Source: Promethearchaeota archaeon | GTDB lineage: Archaea > Asgardarchaeota > Lokiarchaeia > Sigyniarchaeales > SOKP01 | Reading direction: 5' to 3' | Assembly (NCBI GenBank): GCA_004524535.1 | Contig: SDNY01000024.1 | Coordinates: 1 to 37,695, forward strand | DNA: 37,695 nucleotides | In this document: piece by piece, positions 36,606 through 37,695 of the stretch | Layout: the number at the start of each line of letters is the position of its first letter | Numbering within the stretch: the first letter of the stretch is position 1 | The notes under the pieces: generated by a model | Databases searched by the model: none | Told to the model about the DNA's origin: nothing | Seen by the model: the letters and a program-made list of their open reading frames with translations, nothing else | Made by a program: the position numbers and the translations under genes

Positions 36606-37271
36606 CTAACACTTTATTTCAGAACTAAATTCTAGAAGAATCTCTCTCTCTTCTTTAGGGACTAGTTTTAAGGCTTTCTCAACAATTAATCCTACTTCTT
36701 TTTTAAAGCCAGCGTTATAACTTGTGCGAATCACATCTATAAAATCATTAATACCGATTTCAATAATGCCACTCCTTAGATATTCAGCATCTTGAGCATA
36801 TCTGAATGTTTCTTGATTTAAAACTTTAAATGTATTAGAAATTATTTTACAGAATGTGGAAAAATTGTTTTGAATTGTTTTGAAATCTCCGCCAGAATAA
36901 ATCGGAGAAATAACATCTTGTATTTTTTCGAATCTAAACGGTTTGTTTAAAGCATCATCTACTAATATTTGAAATCCGTCAATGGTTATCTTTTGCTTCC
37001 CAAAAATGATATCGTGTTCGGGGCGTGAATACCAATAGTAAAACTGATTTTCACCAAGTTTCTGGAATGCAATTCCATCCATAGCTAAAAGAACATGCGT
37101 AAGAAGAAATTGATTATCTTTGTTTTCCTTATAATCCGCACGACATATTAGACTGCATAAAATTGGATGGTCGTTTTTCACTATGATTTTATAAAGATCG
37201 GTTGCGTCAATGGGAACAAAATACCGAACCATTTTTTCACTTATATCATCAATTTCTTGATCGGTTAGAAT
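36606..37271 (-). CDS. Hypothetical protein; ATT start at 37271 possible, otherwise ATG at 37232
   Basis: 208-aa tracked ORF. AGGTGA (37284-37279) lies 7 nt before an in-frame ATT that adds (M)LTDQEIDDISEK. Confidence 0.65.
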   Translation of the reverse strand: MLTDQEIDDISEKMVRYFVPIDATDLYKIIVKNDHPILCSLICRADYKENKDNQFLLTHVLLAMDGIAFQKLGENQFYYWYSRPEHDIIFGKQKITIDGFQILVDDALNKPFRFEKIQDVISPIYSGGDFKTIQNNFSTFCKIISNTFKVLNQETFRYAQDAEYLRSGIIEIGINDFIDVIRTSYNAGFKKEVGLIVEKALKLVPKEEREILLEFSSEIKC

Positions 37272-37498
37272 GTGAATATCACCTAAATCTTTATATCTTT
37301 CATTGAAGTTATATTTTTGTGGTTTATATTTTTATTGTTTTTTAATCTTACCATAGATTGAATGTTCTTTTTAGTTTAACAATAATAATAGATTAGTAAA
37401 TTTCTGATTTTAGGATAAATGAAAAAAAAAAGAAAAAATATAAAATAGGATTAGATCAATCCGAATTGCCTTAAGGGGTTTTTCCAATCGCATCAAAT

Positions 37499-37695
37499 AT
37501 GAGAAACGATAGAGAAGTGATGATAATACAAAAAGACTATGATGGTGATGGCGAATTTGATAGAGAAATTATTTCAGAACAGGTATATATGTCGGCTGAA
37601 TATAAGTCAATTATATATGAAAAGACAGACGTGTACTGGAAGCGGGGAGCTGCAAATCTTTATTATTTATTTTCCGAGAAAATTTTAGAGGAAAA
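37499..37695 (+). CDS. Partial ORF running off the window; contains a DxDxDG motif
   Basis: Manual translation MRNDREVMIIQKDYDGDGEFDREIISEQ...; open to the end of the window. Confidence 0.5.
   Translation, partial: MRNDREVMIIQKDYDGDGEFDREIISEQVYMSAEYKSIIYEKTDVYWKRGAANLYYLFSEKILEE

Noticed and set aside
36606-36620. C-terminal Cys (EIKC) as a prenylation signal linking the CAAX protease and the prenyltransferase-like domain
   Set aside because: It is not a CaaX, CC or CxC motif, and the prenyltransferase-like domain lacks the visible zinc ligands.

Overview
AT-rich archaeal chromosomal segment, most likely from an Asgard archaeon of Lokiarchaeia type. This is inferred from the gene content: archaeal GluRS, SRP19, eS8, a tail-less histone, proteasome beta, a JAMM protease, a Hef helicase, a longin-like protein, and several zinc-ribbon or Cys-rich membrane proteins. 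The window holds about 32 CDS, two cut by the window edges, and one tRNA-Pro(GGG) gene interrupted by two 30-nt non-canonical introns. I saw no CRISPR array, transposase or integrase. Main observations: (1) up to six genes, including conserved SRP19, appear to start at non-canonical codons (ATA/ATT/ATC, possibly TTT) placed 5-7 nt behind an AGGTGA-type Shine-Dalgarno motif. (2) A 7-TM protein is fused to a C8 zinc finger with TFIIH p44/Ssl1-type RING spacing, and its gene is flanked by ~50-bp imperfect direct repeats. (3) A 1475-aa C-terminally anchored protein combines prenyltransferase-like repeats, long coiled coils and PCI-like winged helices. (4) The tRNA carries two introns. (5) An orphan C-terminal fragment of a FAD-linked oxidase sits in front of a CCG-domain Fe-S protein. 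All family assignments come from recognising motifs by eye, not from database searches.
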